DNA of 32,000 nucleotides from Saccharolobus solfataricus (GTDB lineage: Archaea > Thermoproteota > Thermoprotei_A > Sulfolobales > Sulfolobaceae). Below the pieces are notes generated by a model that was given only the letters and a program-made list of their open reading frames with translations, did not search any database and had not been told where the DNA came from. The stretch covers positions 2,520,001 through 2,552,000 of the forward strand of contig NZ_LT549890.1 in NCBI RefSeq assembly GCF_900079115.1, given 5' to 3'. A program made the translations under genes and the position numbers. Shown one piece after another: positions 1 through 10,813 of the stretch (its first letter is position 1; each line of letters starts with the position of its first letter).

Positions 1-218
1 AGGGGATCTCACAAAATGAGCCGGTATCAAAGGTTATGATAAAAAACGTTATTACTATAAATGGAGAGGAGGATTTGATAGATACTTTTATGTTTATGAT
101 GAAGAATAACATCACTCACTTATTAGCAATTAATGAAAACGGGAAAATAATAGGTGTAGTTACCTTGAGAGATGTTCTTTCAGCCATAAATAAGGAATGT
201 GAAAGAGATATTGATTAG
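1..218 (+). CDS. CBS-domain protein, C-terminal part (reading frame open at window start)
   Basis: The frame is open from nt 3 to the stop at 216-218. The translation PVSKVMIKNVITINGEEDLIDTFMFMMKNNITHLLAINENGKIIGVVTLRDVLSAI is a complete CBS motif ending in the typical G-[IV]-[IV]-T-x-x-D-[IVL] strand. Confidence 0.6.
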   Translation, partial: GISQNEPVSKVMIKNVITINGEEDLIDTFMFMMKNNITHLLAINENGKIIGVVTLRDVLSAINKECERDID

Positions 219-1990
219 AGTAAATATTTACTAAACCATTCTAATTTAGTCTTCAATCTATCTATCATATTCTTAGGCTTCCCTCTTCTAGCGTGTTCAT
301 GACTATCACCTTGGTATCTTACCAACGTTGTAGGGACTCCTTGCATCTTCAATGCAACATAAAATTGTTCAGCTTGTTCAATTGGGCATCTATAATCTTC
401 CTCTCCGTGAATTAACATGGTAGGTGTTTTAACGTTTTTCACATAATAAATTGGCGACATTTTCATTAGTTTCTCAATGCCTTCAGTACTCCATGGATCT
501 GCAATCCCGGATTCAATCGCATTAAACCAAAAACCTATATCACTAGTACCACACATACTAACTAGATTCGATATACTCCTTTCGCTAATTGCAGCCGAAA
601 ACATACTAGTCTTCGTTACTATCCAATTGGTCATAAAGCCTCCATAAGAACCACCAGTAATACCGAATTTACCTTTTAAACTATACCTTTCCTTAACGGT
701 ATTCACGAAGTTCATTAGATCTTCGAAATCCTTTCCACCCCAATCCCCCACACAAGCCTTGGCGAATTCCTCCCCATATCCTTGACTGCCTCTAGGATTT
801 GCATATATTACGTTAAACCCATTATCTACGAAGAACTGGAATTCTATGAAATAACCATAACCATACGCCATATGCGGTCCCCCATGGATGAATAATATTG
901 TTGGTGCGTTAGGATCTTTAATTATACTCCATCCCTCCACTTCTACTCCGTTAGAGTTTACTGTTATTCTCTCTGGAGTGTATCCTTTGATGTTAGGGTT
1001 CGGATCATATTCTATATCTCTATATTTTAATATTACAGGCTTTTCTGGAGTGGAATAGAAGTAAGCTAGTTCACTATTACTATAATCAAATCCTCTTACC
1101 ATTATATTTCCACTAGTTACCTTATCTACCTTATTATCAGAGATTTGATAAATATGTGACGTACCTCCCTCTTGACCTAAGGAGAGTATTAGATCTTTTT
1201 CGAATACGATCCTATCCTTTACGCCATCAAATAAATCAGTTAACACTTTATTTCCGCAAGTCTTTCCACACATGTAACTCTTTCCTTCTTCTGGTAGCAT
1301 TATTTCGAGAGAAGCCCATGGGGTTAGCCCTTTCCTATGCCCTAAAAACGCTATTTTCCCCTCGCTATTCATAGCTATTGCTTGTACAGTCCCATCCTCC
1401 TTCGTTATTCTGTTTAACTCCCCAGTTTCTATATTTACCTCATACAAATTTCCTAATCCATAATCATCTCCGTCCTTAGTTGCTGAAATTACGACCCTAT
1501 TACCGTTTGTAGCTAAATCTGTAACGTCAAAGTTCCCTGTAACGAGCCTTCTCAGATCCTTACCATCAAATAGGTAAAGTGATTGCCTAGCTCTCAATAA
1601 ACCTCTGCTATCAAACCTATACTTTATCTTCTCGGCTCTAAAAGGTAATGTCTTATCTGTGTTTTCCTCTGCTATCACTAATATTCCCTTATTATGGAAC
1701 TCATATTTGGATATTTTGCCAGAAAATGTAAATATTACTTTAGGCTCGCCATAGAGTTGTGCTTCAAGTAAGGATGATTTAGCCTCTTCGTTTCTTATAA
1801 AGTAAAGCTTATCATTATTGAACTTAGGTGATGATTCATTTCCTTGAAAAGTTATCCTCTTGAGGTTCAAATAAATTGATGATTTGTATTTATCCTCTTC
1901 TATCCATGTCTCTACGTGAAATAGTTTTCCATTCTCTATTGTTATTTCTGGTACTAATTTAATCGAATAGTAGTAGTCTTCTGGTTTCAT
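215..1990 (-). CDS. S9-family serine peptidase (acylaminoacyl-peptidase / prolyl oligopeptidase type)
   Basis: 591 aa. The N-terminal ~330 aa are repetitive and beta-propeller-like. The C-terminal alpha/beta-hydrolase domain has the nucleophile elbow GITGGSYGGFM, an acid in HGEEDYRCP and a His in GDSHEH. Confidence 0.85.
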   Translation of the reverse strand: MKPEDYYYSIKLVPEITIENGKLFHVETWIEEDKYKSSIYLNLKRITFQGNESSPKFNNDKLYFIRNEEAKSSLLEAQLYGEPKVIFTFSGKISKYEFHNKGILVIAEENTDKTLPFRAEKIKYRFDSRGLLRARQSLYLFDGKDLRRLVTGNFDVTDLATNGNRVVISATKDGDDYGLGNLYEVNIETGELNRITKEDGTVQAIAMNSEGKIAFLGHRKGLTPWASLEIMLPEEGKSYMCGKTCGNKVLTDLFDGVKDRIVFEKDLILSLGQEGGTSHIYQISDNKVDKVTSGNIMVRGFDYSNSELAYFYSTPEKPVILKYRDIEYDPNPNIKGYTPERITVNSNGVEVEGWSIIKDPNAPTILFIHGGPHMAYGYGYFIEFQFFVDNGFNVIYANPRGSQGYGEEFAKACVGDWGGKDFEDLMNFVNTVKERYSLKGKFGITGGSYGGFMTNWIVTKTSMFSAAISERSISNLVSMCGTSDIGFWFNAIESGIADPWSTEGIEKLMKMSPIYYVKNVKTPTMLIHGEEDYRCPIEQAEQFYVALKMQGVPTTLVRYQGDSHEHARRGKPKNMIDRLKTKLEWFSKYLL

Positions 1991-2020
1991 AATATTAGTA
2001 TATTGCTCTAAGTAATAACT

Positions 2021-2896
2021 TTGATTATCTTATCGTTTTATAAACTTTTAGAGCGAGTAATATGTGTGCACTCTATAACCACGTATTGGTGGAAATATTA
2101 TCTAGCATCCTTCTTCTCTATTTTAGTAATTGGTATAGTAATATCGTCCTTAAATATAAATATACCCTATTTCTTTCTAATCCAAATAGGGCTAGTATTT
2201 AGTCTCTGGTACCTCATTTCTCCAATTATAATGATCCTTGTATTTAAGATGAGAAGAGCTCCTCAAGATGTTACCTTTATGGTAGAAGATCTTTCAAAGA
2301 AATATAACGTTAAACTGTCCAAAGTTTACATTATAAATGATAATTTCCTTAACGCTTTTGCCTTTGGCAATATAATTTTTAGAGGAATAGCAGTTACTTC
2401 ACCACTGTATGAAAGTCTAGTCCAAGAGGAGTTAGCGGCAGTTCTCTCTCATGAAATTGCCCATATAAAGAATTACGATCCAGAAGTTATGTTACTTACA
2501 ATATTTTCCATTAATTCCATTTATGCAGCGCTTATTTATTATCTGCCTTTAGTTTCCCTATTTTTCCTAATAATATACTTTGTCATCTTATTGCCATCAG
2601 TCTTTTACGTGCATAGGAAAATAGAAAAGAGGGCTGATTTAACTGCAGTAAAGGTGAATCCTGATATAACTTATTGGTTGGAGAGTTCCCTAATAAAAAT
2701 TGGATATTTAAGTAGAAGTATTCCGACTAACATGTTAAGATATGTCCCCCCAATACAGATATTCTTGGCTAAGGAGTTCATTGTAAATCACATTGTTGAT
2801 GAAAAAAGCGTTCTCTCATTTAGAACGCATCCATCCCTAAAGGAAAGATTGTTATACTTATCTCAGTATGAGAAACAAAAAATGTATTATATTTGA
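2021..2896 (+). CDS. M48 (HtpX-like) membrane zinc metalloprotease
   Basis: HEIAH (HExxH) motif embedded between hydrophobic helices, with a C-terminal HPSLKERL typical of M48. The true start is probably the in-frame GTG at 2066 (see promoter feature). The TTG at 2021 leaves only 30 nt to the divergent gene. Confidence 0.75.
   Translation: MIILSFYKLLERVICVHSITTYWWKYYLASFFSILVIGIVISSLNINIPYFFLIQIGLVFSLWYLISPIIMILVFKMRRAPQDVTFMVEDLSKKYNVKLSKVYIINDNFLNAFAFGNIIFRGIAVTSPLYESLVQEELAAVLSHEIAHIKNYDPEVMLLTIFSINSIYAALIYYLPLVSLFFLIIYFVILLPSVFYVHRKIEKRADLTAVKVNPDITYWLESSLIKIGYLSRSIPTNMLRYVPPIQIFLAKEFIVNHIVDEKSVLSFRTHPSLKERLLYLSQYEKQKMYYI
2036..2044. promoter_or_regulatory. TATA-box-like element TTTTATAAA in the 1991-2065 divergent region
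   Basis: An A/T octamer of archaeal TATA type, centred ~26 nt upstream of the in-frame GTG at 2066. This spacing is expected for a leaderless Sulfolobus mRNA. Its reverse complement TTTATAAAA also faces the peptidase gene. Confidence 0.3.
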
Positions 2897-2899
2897 GAA

Positions 2900-3226
2900 T
2901 TACTTCCTTTCATGCGGATGGCCAATAGGTGGTGTGGTTTTAATAGCCCTTATCGCTTCATCAACAGAAATCGCTAAATAGGTCTTTGTCCTTACAGTGC
3001 CTCTACTATTCAATTCTATTAAGGCTTTAAGGAACGTTTCAACATTATCCACTTCTACTATGTTAATGAAATCTATATCACCAAATACTACATATTGCTC
3101 CTTTACTTTCGCCCCTATTTTAGCCAATTCCTCATTCACCTCTTTTATTCTTTCTGGCTTATCTGCTATAGTCTCAGCCCCCTTATCGGTAAGGTTAGAA
3201 AGAACTATGAATATTGCCATTATCAT
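2900..3226 (-). CDS. GYD-domain protein (small alpha/beta protein of unknown function)
   Basis: 108 aa. The pattern MAIFIVLSNLTDKGAETI...ELAKIGAKVKEQYVVFGDIDFINIVEVDN...RGTVRTKTYLA matches the GYD family layout, with the [GY]D-like 'GDID' before the third strand. Confidence 0.6.
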   Translation of the reverse strand: MIMAIFIVLSNLTDKGAETIADKPERIKEVNEELAKIGAKVKEQYVVFGDIDFINIVEVDNVETFLKALIELNSRGTVRTKTYLAISVDEAIRAIKTTPPIGHPHERK

Positions 3227-3357
3227 TATACTCTTTCTTAAAAAATATAAACATTTCTTATTAACAAGTACTATTGTTGTTTTTGCTCTAGAAATGAAGT
3301 TTATGTTCTCTTTATTGGAAGTTCAATTTTATATTTTAAATGTGGAATCTCACATGA

Positions 3358-4488
3358 ATGGTTGCAATTATTGACGCAAGCATAACCCGATTCGGAAAGA
3401 GAAAGGAGAGCTTATTAGAGCTTGCTGGAGAGGTTGCATTACCATTAATAGGGAAATACGAAATTGATTTTGTAGTAGTTTCTAACAGCTATTCTGGGGA
3501 GTTTAACTCCTTATCTGGGATAAATAATTTAATTACAACTTATTTATCAGTAGATAAAGTACCATCAATTAGGGTCGATAATACTAGTGGAAGTGGGGGT
3601 TCTGCAATATTGGTAGCTAAATCACTACTTGATTCTAAAATTACTAAAACTGTATTAGTCTTAGGAGTCGAGAAGATGTCTGAGAAGAATACCAAACAAG
3701 TTACATCTGTCATAGCCTCATTATTATCACCGGAGGAAAAAATTGTCGGACTAACTCTACCTTCACTAGCAGGATTAATGACTAAGGAGTATATGAGGAG
3801 ATATAACGCGTCCAGAGAAGCCTTTGCCTTAGTAGCAGTCAAAAATCACTATAACGGATCTTTAAATCCCTTTGCTCACATACAGAAGGTGGTGTCATTA
3901 GAGGAAGTTTTGAATTCCCCTATCATAGCAGATCCCTTAACCCTTTACGAATTTACCCCAATTAGTGATGGGGCTTCAGCAATAGTTATGGTAAGGGATG
4001 AGGACGCTTATAGTTTTACCAAGAAGCCTGTATTTATAAAAGGTATGGGTGCTTCTTCAGATACGTCATATTTATCTGAACGTGAGGATATATTAACAAT
4101 GAATGCGGTGAGAATTGCTGGATTGACCGCTAGGAAAATGGCAAAGGTTGATAAGGTTGATTTCGCTGAGCTTCACGATATGGCCACAGTTCTGGAAATA
4201 GTTGAGGCTGAAGAGTTAGGCTTATTAAAGAAAGGAGAAGGATGGAAAGCATATTACGACGACTACACCAAAATTAATGGCGAAATGCCAATAAACACTA
4301 GTGGAGGGTTAAATTCTAAAGGTCATCCAATAGGGGCAAGTGGTATAGCCCAAGCAGTTGAGGCATTTTTACAAATTAGGAATCAAGCGGGAAGTAGGCA
4401 AGTTAGAAATGCTAGAGTTGGGCTATCCCTAAGTATGGCTGGTTTCGGAAATTCCGCAACTGTAATAATTTACGGTGATGAGCCTTGA
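3358..4488 (+). CDS. Thiolase-fold protein (SCP-x/archaeal acetyl-CoA acetyltransferase-like) lacking all cysteines
   Basis: 376 aa with thiolase landmarks: N-terminal VAIIDASITRFGK, VLVLGVEKMS, PISDGASAIVM, NTSGGLNSKGHPIGASG. The expected nucleophile motif C-[AG]-S-G reads S-G-S-G (Ser77, codon AGT at 3586-3588). The translation contains no Cys. Confidence 0.8.
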   Translation: MVAIIDASITRFGKRKESLLELAGEVALPLIGKYEIDFVVVSNSYSGEFNSLSGINNLITTYLSVDKVPSIRVDNTSGSGGSAILVAKSLLDSKITKTVLVLGVEKMSEKNTKQVTSVIASLLSPEEKIVGLTLPSLAGLMTKEYMRRYNASREAFALVAVKNHYNGSLNPFAHIQKVVSLEEVLNSPIIADPLTLYEFTPISDGASAIVMVRDEDAYSFTKKPVFIKGMGASSDTSYLSEREDILTMNAVRIAGLTARKMAKVDKVDFAELHDMATVLEIVEAEELGLLKKGEGWKAYYDDYTKINGEMPINTSGGLNSKGHPIGASGIAQAVEAFLQIRNQAGSRQVRNARVGLSLSMAGFGNSATVIIYGDEP

Positions 4489-4751
4489 TCTATGTATGTA
4501 AAAATTGCGGTTATTCGTTTTGGGTTAAGAGGGCCAGATGTCCAAGGTGTTATTCAACTGAATTTAACATTAAGGATAATATAAGAGAGGGGGAACTACT
4601 AACATCGTGGAAATTGTCTGCTACTCCAGAGGGATTTGAAGATAAGTATTGGCTTTGTCTAGTCAAAGTCGATAATGTGAAAGTATTCTGTAGATCCTTA
4701 AGTGAGCCTAAAAATAAAATGGTGTTAAAAGAAAATGGCTTATGTGAACCA

Positions 4752-4760
<9 letters not shown>
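4485..4760 (+). CDS. DUF35-type zinc-ribbon/OB-fold protein (thiolase partner)
   Basis: 91 aa. CKNCG-x11-CPRC rubredoxin-like ribbon followed by a short beta-rich tail. The TTG start overlaps the thiolase stop (TTGA at 4485-4488), and this is the usual archaeal position next to a thiolase gene. Confidence 0.65.
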
Positions 4761-5983
<1,223 letters not shown>

Positions 5984-6086
5984 TTAATACTCAATGTTTT
6001 CCTTATTAAGTTTAATTTAGCTAGAGACAGAAGATAAAACGAAAAATAGTTAAACTACTAAATTCTCTTGTAATATAGGTGATTTT

Positions 6087-7262
6087 TTGCAAGACGATTA
6101 CGGCTATACTTTTCTTTTACTGTCAAGAATTTTAAGAAGCATTGGTATAATTTACATAACTCTCTCCTCTTCACTATATTTATCCGCAATTGGCGTGAAA
6201 CCAGAAATTATAGGAATAATATTTCTAGGTGCAATAGGATTCTCATCAACTCTCAATTTAGCCCTAGGTATCATAGGTGATAGAATCGGTTACAAAAAAG
6301 TCTTGATCTTTGTGGAAATATTGGCCGCAATCGCGTCAATGCTACTTGCGCTTTCGATAAACCAAACGCTAATCTTTGCAGCTCTTATAATAGGGGGAGT
6401 TGGAGGAGCTGCGGGAGGTATAAGAGGGGTATTTTCACCGGGTTTAACTGCACTGGTAGCTAGTAATTGGAGTGAAGAAAAGGAAAGAGTGAGAAGATTA
6501 AGTTTCCTAATGTCAGCTTCATCCTTAGCTGGAATAGGAGGGAGTGTTCTCCTTTCAATAAGGTCCTATATAAGTAATTCCGTTGAGGGATATAGATTAC
6601 TATATTTCCTATCATTTGCATTACTCTTAGCTTCGGCAATATCATTACTCCTTGTTAAAGAGGTTAAAAGGCCTAAAAAGACTTCAAAAGTTATGAAAAA
6701 ATCTAGTATGAAATACATTTCAAAAGTCATAGTTTCAAACTCAATAACTGGATTCGGACTAGGTATAGCTATTCCGCTACTTCCATTATGGTATAAGTTA
6801 GCTTTTCACGCTAATTCCTTTGAAATAGGATTAATCTTTACGATATCTTATTTAACAACTGCGATAGGTTCACTGCTTTCAAATAAAATAATGTTTGACC
6901 CATTAAAAGTCGCTTCGATAACTAGGATACTGAATGGAGTGTTCCTAATCGCAATGGCCTTTTCGCCTTGGTTAGCTTTAGCGGCTGGATTATACATTGC
7001 AAGGGGATTGAACGCTGGGATTGGAGCACCAAATAGAAGTGCAGTTAATGTTAGAGGGGTATCTGCTGAAGATTTCGGTACTGCCTCAAGCTTCCAAGGT
7101 TTGGCGACAAGGCTATCCCAGATGAGCTCTGGTATTAGTGGTTACTTATTAGATATTTCATACTCATTACCATTGGAAATAGGGGGTTTGTTGCAAGCTG
7201 TGGGAGGTTATCTCTATATGAAACTATTGGCAATATCTACTGATAGAAAAGTCGATTCTTGA
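6087..7262 (+). CDS. MFS transporter (12 TM-like)
   Basis: 391 aa of hydrophobic helices in two halves joined by a basic loop (KEVKRPKKTSKVMKK). Contains an MFS loop motif GDRIGYKK. GGTGA lies 4 nt upstream of the TTG start. Confidence 0.7.
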   Translation: MQDDYGYTFLLLSRILRSIGIIYITLSSSLYLSAIGVKPEIIGIIFLGAIGFSSTLNLALGIIGDRIGYKKVLIFVEILAAIASMLLALSINQTLIFAALIIGGVGGAAGGIRGVFSPGLTALVASNWSEEKERVRRLSFLMSASSLAGIGGSVLLSIRSYISNSVEGYRLLYFLSFALLLASAISLLLVKEVKRPKKTSKVMKKSSMKYISKVIVSNSITGFGLGIAIPLLPLWYKLAFHANSFEIGLIFTISYLTTAIGSLLSNKIMFDPLKVASITRILNGVFLIAMAFSPWLALAAGLYIARGLNAGIGAPNRSAVNVRGVSAEDFGTASSFQGLATRLSQMSSGISGYLLDISYSLPLEIGGLLQAVGGYLYMKLLAISTDRKVDS

Positions 7263-8280
7263 GTAGCGGAATTACGCCTATTATAATAATTATGATAATT
7301 TGTTCCAGAAGTAAGTAATAGGATGACAATTGCAATGAACTATAGAGACCATACGCAATTAATCCTAAACTTATGAAGCCTAGTAGTTTCAGTTCATTTC
7401 TAATTGAAAAGGTCATCGAGATAAAGAAGATTATTAGCGATATATAAAGTGCCGTCAAAGATGGGACAATCGTATAAATATAATACATATAGGGATTTAT
7501 TAGGCTAGTAAGTGTAAATCCTAAGAATCCTAAAACGAGATATTTTCTACTCTTAATGCTGAATTTCGATAGAACGCTCTTCAATGAATAAAATTCTACT
7601 ACAATTAACGAGAATGTACTAAATGATGAAATAAGATATATTATTTTAGGAATGTTAAAAAATGAGTCTAAAAACAGTATGGCTCCAGTTATTAAATACG
7701 CTAGAATTACACTATTAATTCCCTCTTTGCTACCATTTCCTATAAACGGTGTAAGTGTTATGCAGATGTATAAGAGAGAGGTAGAGAGAATGTTAGTAAA
7801 GCTTAGCTCATAAGGGTTCATGAATTTAAGATGCCAATTTATAGGGAGTATAAATAACATTTGTATGATTGCTGAGACAAATAGGAATTCTAACTCCCTA
7901 TCTAGAAGTGTTATCATTGCGATAGATCCCGCTATTCCAATTGTAAGCAGTATAGCTGTAAATCCGTCCAGATTTAGTATATAATATACTATATAATCTA
8001 CAGTATAACTTAAATAAAGGAAATATGAGAAAAACCAGAAGTATAGGAAGTAACTGGAGAGTTTTGGAGTAAATTTGACTACATAATCGTAAAGTCCACC
8101 TTTATCCCATACTTTATTCATAGAATAGTATACAAGAAAAGTTATGGGTGAAAATATGAGAACAGATAAGACTACTTCAAATGGGTTTACGTTTTCTAAG
8201 AATTGTCCAACTAATGCTAAAGGTCCACCTATGGAAGAAAAAGAAAAACCAAAAACAAGTAGCTTTCTGTTCAACCCCAT
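7237..8280 (-). CDS. Polytopic membrane protein, APC-superfamily-like permease (short)
   Basis: 347 aa with about 10 hydrophobic helices. DKGGLYDYV resembles the APC 'GG-x-Y-x-Y/F' signature. It is shorter than typical APC permeases. Confidence 0.45.
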   Translation of the reverse strand: MGLNRKLLVFGFSFSSIGGPLALVGQFLENVNPFEVVLSVLIFSPITFLVYYSMNKVWDKGGLYDYVVKFTPKLSSYFLYFWFFSYFLYLSYTVDYIVYYILNLDGFTAILLTIGIAGSIAMITLLDRELEFLFVSAIIQMLFILPINWHLKFMNPYELSFTNILSTSLLYICITLTPFIGNGSKEGINSVILAYLITGAILFLDSFFNIPKIIYLISSFSTFSLIVVEFYSLKSVLSKFSIKSRKYLVLGFLGFTLTSLINPYMYYIYTIVPSLTALYISLIIFFISMTFSIRNELKLLGFISLGLIAYGLYSSLQLSSYYLLLEQIIIIIIIGVIPLLKNRLFYQ

Positions 8281-8480
8281 ACTGCTCCACTAGAACTTGA
8301 TGTAGTAGTTGTAGTAGAAGATGATGTGCTAGGTGAAGTTGTAGATGTGTAGGTTGTCATATGGCTTGTTGAAGTCGCTGGTTGATGTGATGTGGCAGCC
8401 ATTCCAAAAAATGCTCCACCGATTATCAGAATTAGTATAGAAATTCCTACTATTATAAGTCCTATTTTGCTGATTTTCAT
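8271..8480 (-). CDS. Small membrane-anchored Ser/Thr-rich protein (hypothetical)
   Basis: 69 aa. One N-terminal TM helix (MKISKIGLIIVGISILILIIGGAFFG) followed by a pure S/T/P tail. It overlaps the downstream gene by 10 nt. Whether it is truly coding is uncertain. Confidence 0.35.
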   Translation of the reverse strand: MKISKIGLIIVGISILILIIGGAFFGMAATSHQPATSTSHMTTYTSTTSPSTSSSTTTTTSSSSGAVWG

Positions 8481-8597
8481 TGTTTCGCCAATATCCTCCT
8501 CTTTTCATATTAATTTAAATCTTTTCCCAAATAGTATTTTCAATCTAATTAAAGATTTGGGCAAAATCTTATTATTTATTGAATTACACAATGTCAT

Positions 8598-8993
8598 ATG
8601 CCTAGAGTTTCGATTTCCTTATTAGCCTTAGGAGTAGTTGCAGGGATAGCTAGTTTTGCATGGACTGCTGATCATTTGCCGTTATATAGTATAAGATTTC
8701 TACCATATAGTATTAGGGCATTCTTCCTTTTTGACTCAATCCTAGCTATTATTGCTGGCATACTATTCATACTTTCATTTAGACTCTTTACCTTGAAAAT
8801 TATCTATCTCTTAGAAGTAATATACTGGTGGATAAATTATCTACTCCTTACTTTAACTAGAGTATTCCCAGCACCGCTTATAGGTAGACCATTACCGGTA
8901 ACTACTGGGCCAGCTTTAATAGCTTTTGTTCTAGACATAATACTCATAATACTATCTACAACCATATACATTTTTCTAACTAGCAAACGGTAG
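8598..8993 (+). CDS. Hypothetical membrane protein (4 TM)
   Basis: 131 aa with four hydrophobic segments. Followed by a short A/T hairpin and the T-run GATTTTTT at about 9020. I recognise no family. Confidence 0.4.
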   Translation: MPRVSISLLALGVVAGIASFAWTADHLPLYSIRFLPYSIRAFFLFDSILAIIAGILFILSFRLFTLKIIYLLEVIYWWINYLLLTLTRVFPAPLIGRPLPVTTGPALIAFVLDIILIILSTTIYIFLTSKR

Positions 8994-9082
8994 GTAAATC
9001 ATTATAAATTTATGATTTTTTAAAAAAGTATGATCGTTATTGGGCAAAAGTTTTAATAAATTAAAGTTAAGTCTTTAACTAT

Positions 9083-10786
9083 ATGGTTCAGTACAAGTGG
9101 ATTGCATTGTCCAATACAAGTCTCGGTGCATTCATGGGATTTATGAACGCTAATGTAGTATTAATAGCATTACCAGCAATATTTAGAGGAATTAATATTA
9201 ATCCGTTTAACTCTTTCCAATACTTATTATGGATCTTATTTGGTTATAGTATAGTATCAGCAATCTTAGTAGTGAATGTAGGTAGGATCTCAGATATCTT
9301 CGGAAGGGTGAGAATGTACAATTTAGGATTCCTAATTTTTACAATTGCATCTATACTATTATATTTAACCCCTGGCAAAGGAGATATAGCCGCAATTCAA
9401 TTAATAATTTACAGGATACTTCAAGGTATAGGAGGATCATTCTTAATGGCTAATAGCGCTGCAATTTTATCTGAGGCATTTCCACCAAATGAGAGGGGAT
9501 TTGCATTAGGATTAAATGGCGTAATAGGAATATTCGGTGGAGTAGCTGGAATAATCATCGGTGGAATTCTTGCTTCAATATACTGGCGTGACGTATTTTT
9601 AGTGAGCGTTCCTATAGGTATTTTAGGAACTATTTGGTCATATAAATCCTTAAGGCAATTAAATAAGCCTAATAGAAATCAAAGTATCGATATAGTTGGA
9701 AATATCCTTTATGCCGTTTCCCTTATATCAATACTGCTTGGGATAACGTATGGTATTTTACCATATGGTAATCAAGTTACTGGTTGGACAAATCCATTTG
9801 TGATATCGGGTATTGTAGCAGGTGTAGGAATGTTCATCGGATTCTTGTTCGTTGAGAGTAGAGTTAAAGACCCCATGTTTAGAATAGAACTATTTAAAAT
9901 AAGGGCATTTACATCTTCAGCAGTATCAATAATCTTAGCACAGCTAGCATTTGGAGGTCTTCAATTGATGCTAGTATTATTACTTCAAGCCATATGGCTA
10001 CCTTTACACGGTTATAGTTATGAAGTAACACCTTTCTGGGCCGGAGTATATCTTCTTCCACTATTAGCTGGATTTGGAATAATGGGGTCAATAGCGGGTA
10101 GACTAGCAGATCGTTATGGAGCGCGAAGCTTAGCCACTATTGGACTTTTAATCATGGGAATAGGAGTTTTGACACTAACAACATTGCCATATAATTTCAA
10201 CTATATAGAATTTGCTGTGATAATATTTTTCATAGGTGTTGGAAATGGACTATTTGTATCGCCTAATATGACAGCCTTAATGAATGCCTCACCACCACAG
10301 CATAGAGGATCTGCTTCTGGAATAAGAGCTATGTTAACTAATACCGGTAGTACATTAAGTATTGGGATATTCTTTACTATAGTAATTGACACCTTATACA
10401 TTTCATTACCTCCAGTATTAACTAATGCATTAACTGCTGCTGGAGCTCCTCAACTAGCCCCAATATTAAGTAAAATACCTCCAACTGCTGCGATATTTGC
10501 GAGTTTTCTAGGCTATAATCCTGTTTCGACGATACTTTCGCAACTACCGACCTCATTAGTTAACGCAATTCCTGCCTCTACAATAGCTACCATAACCGGT
10601 ACATATTGGTTCCCTAACGTGATAGCATCACCCTTCATGGAAGCTCTAAGAATTGCATTTTACGTTTCAGCATCAATGGCATTTTTAGCTACTATAGCTT
10701 CAGCTTTAAGAGGAAAAACGGTGATTTATGAAAGAGATTTAATGAGACCTATGGCTGTAAACTCCTCAGATGATAAAAAGGATTAA
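9083..10786 (+). CDS. MFS transporter, DHA2 (EmrB/QacA-like, 14 TM) drug:H+ antiporter family
   Basis: 567 aa. Motifs: GRISDIFGRVRMYNLG (motif A), LQGIGGSFLMANSAAIL (motif C-like), AGRLADRYG in the second half. There is an extra helix pair between the halves. Confidence 0.85.
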   Translation: MVQYKWIALSNTSLGAFMGFMNANVVLIALPAIFRGININPFNSFQYLLWILFGYSIVSAILVVNVGRISDIFGRVRMYNLGFLIFTIASILLYLTPGKGDIAAIQLIIYRILQGIGGSFLMANSAAILSEAFPPNERGFALGLNGVIGIFGGVAGIIIGGILASIYWRDVFLVSVPIGILGTIWSYKSLRQLNKPNRNQSIDIVGNILYAVSLISILLGITYGILPYGNQVTGWTNPFVISGIVAGVGMFIGFLFVESRVKDPMFRIELFKIRAFTSSAVSIILAQLAFGGLQLMLVLLLQAIWLPLHGYSYEVTPFWAGVYLLPLLAGFGIMGSIAGRLADRYGARSLATIGLLIMGIGVLTLTTLPYNFNYIEFAVIIFFIGVGNGLFVSPNMTALMNASPPQHRGSASGIRAMLTNTGSTLSIGIFFTIVIDTLYISLPPVLTNALTAAGAPQLAPILSKIPPTAAIFASFLGYNPVSTILSQLPTSLVNAIPASTIATITGTYWFPNVIASPFMEALRIAFYVSASMAFLATIASALRGKTVIYERDLMRPMAVNSSDDKKD

Positions 10787-10813
10787 AAGCTAATTATACT
10801 AAAATACTAAGGC

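Noticed and set aside
1156-1374. Track ORFs lying antisense or out of frame inside longer, motif-supported genes: 1156-1374, 2997-3374, 3540-3842, 6460-6645, 8392-8625, 9909-10091, 10201-10401, 11258-11446, 12181-12399, 13286-13492, 13930-14298, 14063-14251, 17493-17720, 18463-18657, 19126-19467, 23244-23501, 25009-25233, 25647-25880, 26373-26555, 30781-30963, 31368-31550.
   Set aside because: Each is fully embedded in a gene with clear family motifs. Their translations are low-complexity or Ser/Leu/Ile-rich mirror images with no recognisable motifs and no promoter or SD context. They are shadow ORFs.
8280-8350. Repetitive GTAGTAG/GATGATG-like DNA, a possible tandem repeat or microsatellite.
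   Set aside because: It is simply the antisense of Ser/Thr codon runs in the 69-aa ORF tail. There is no regular repeat unit, only low-complexity coding-type sequence.
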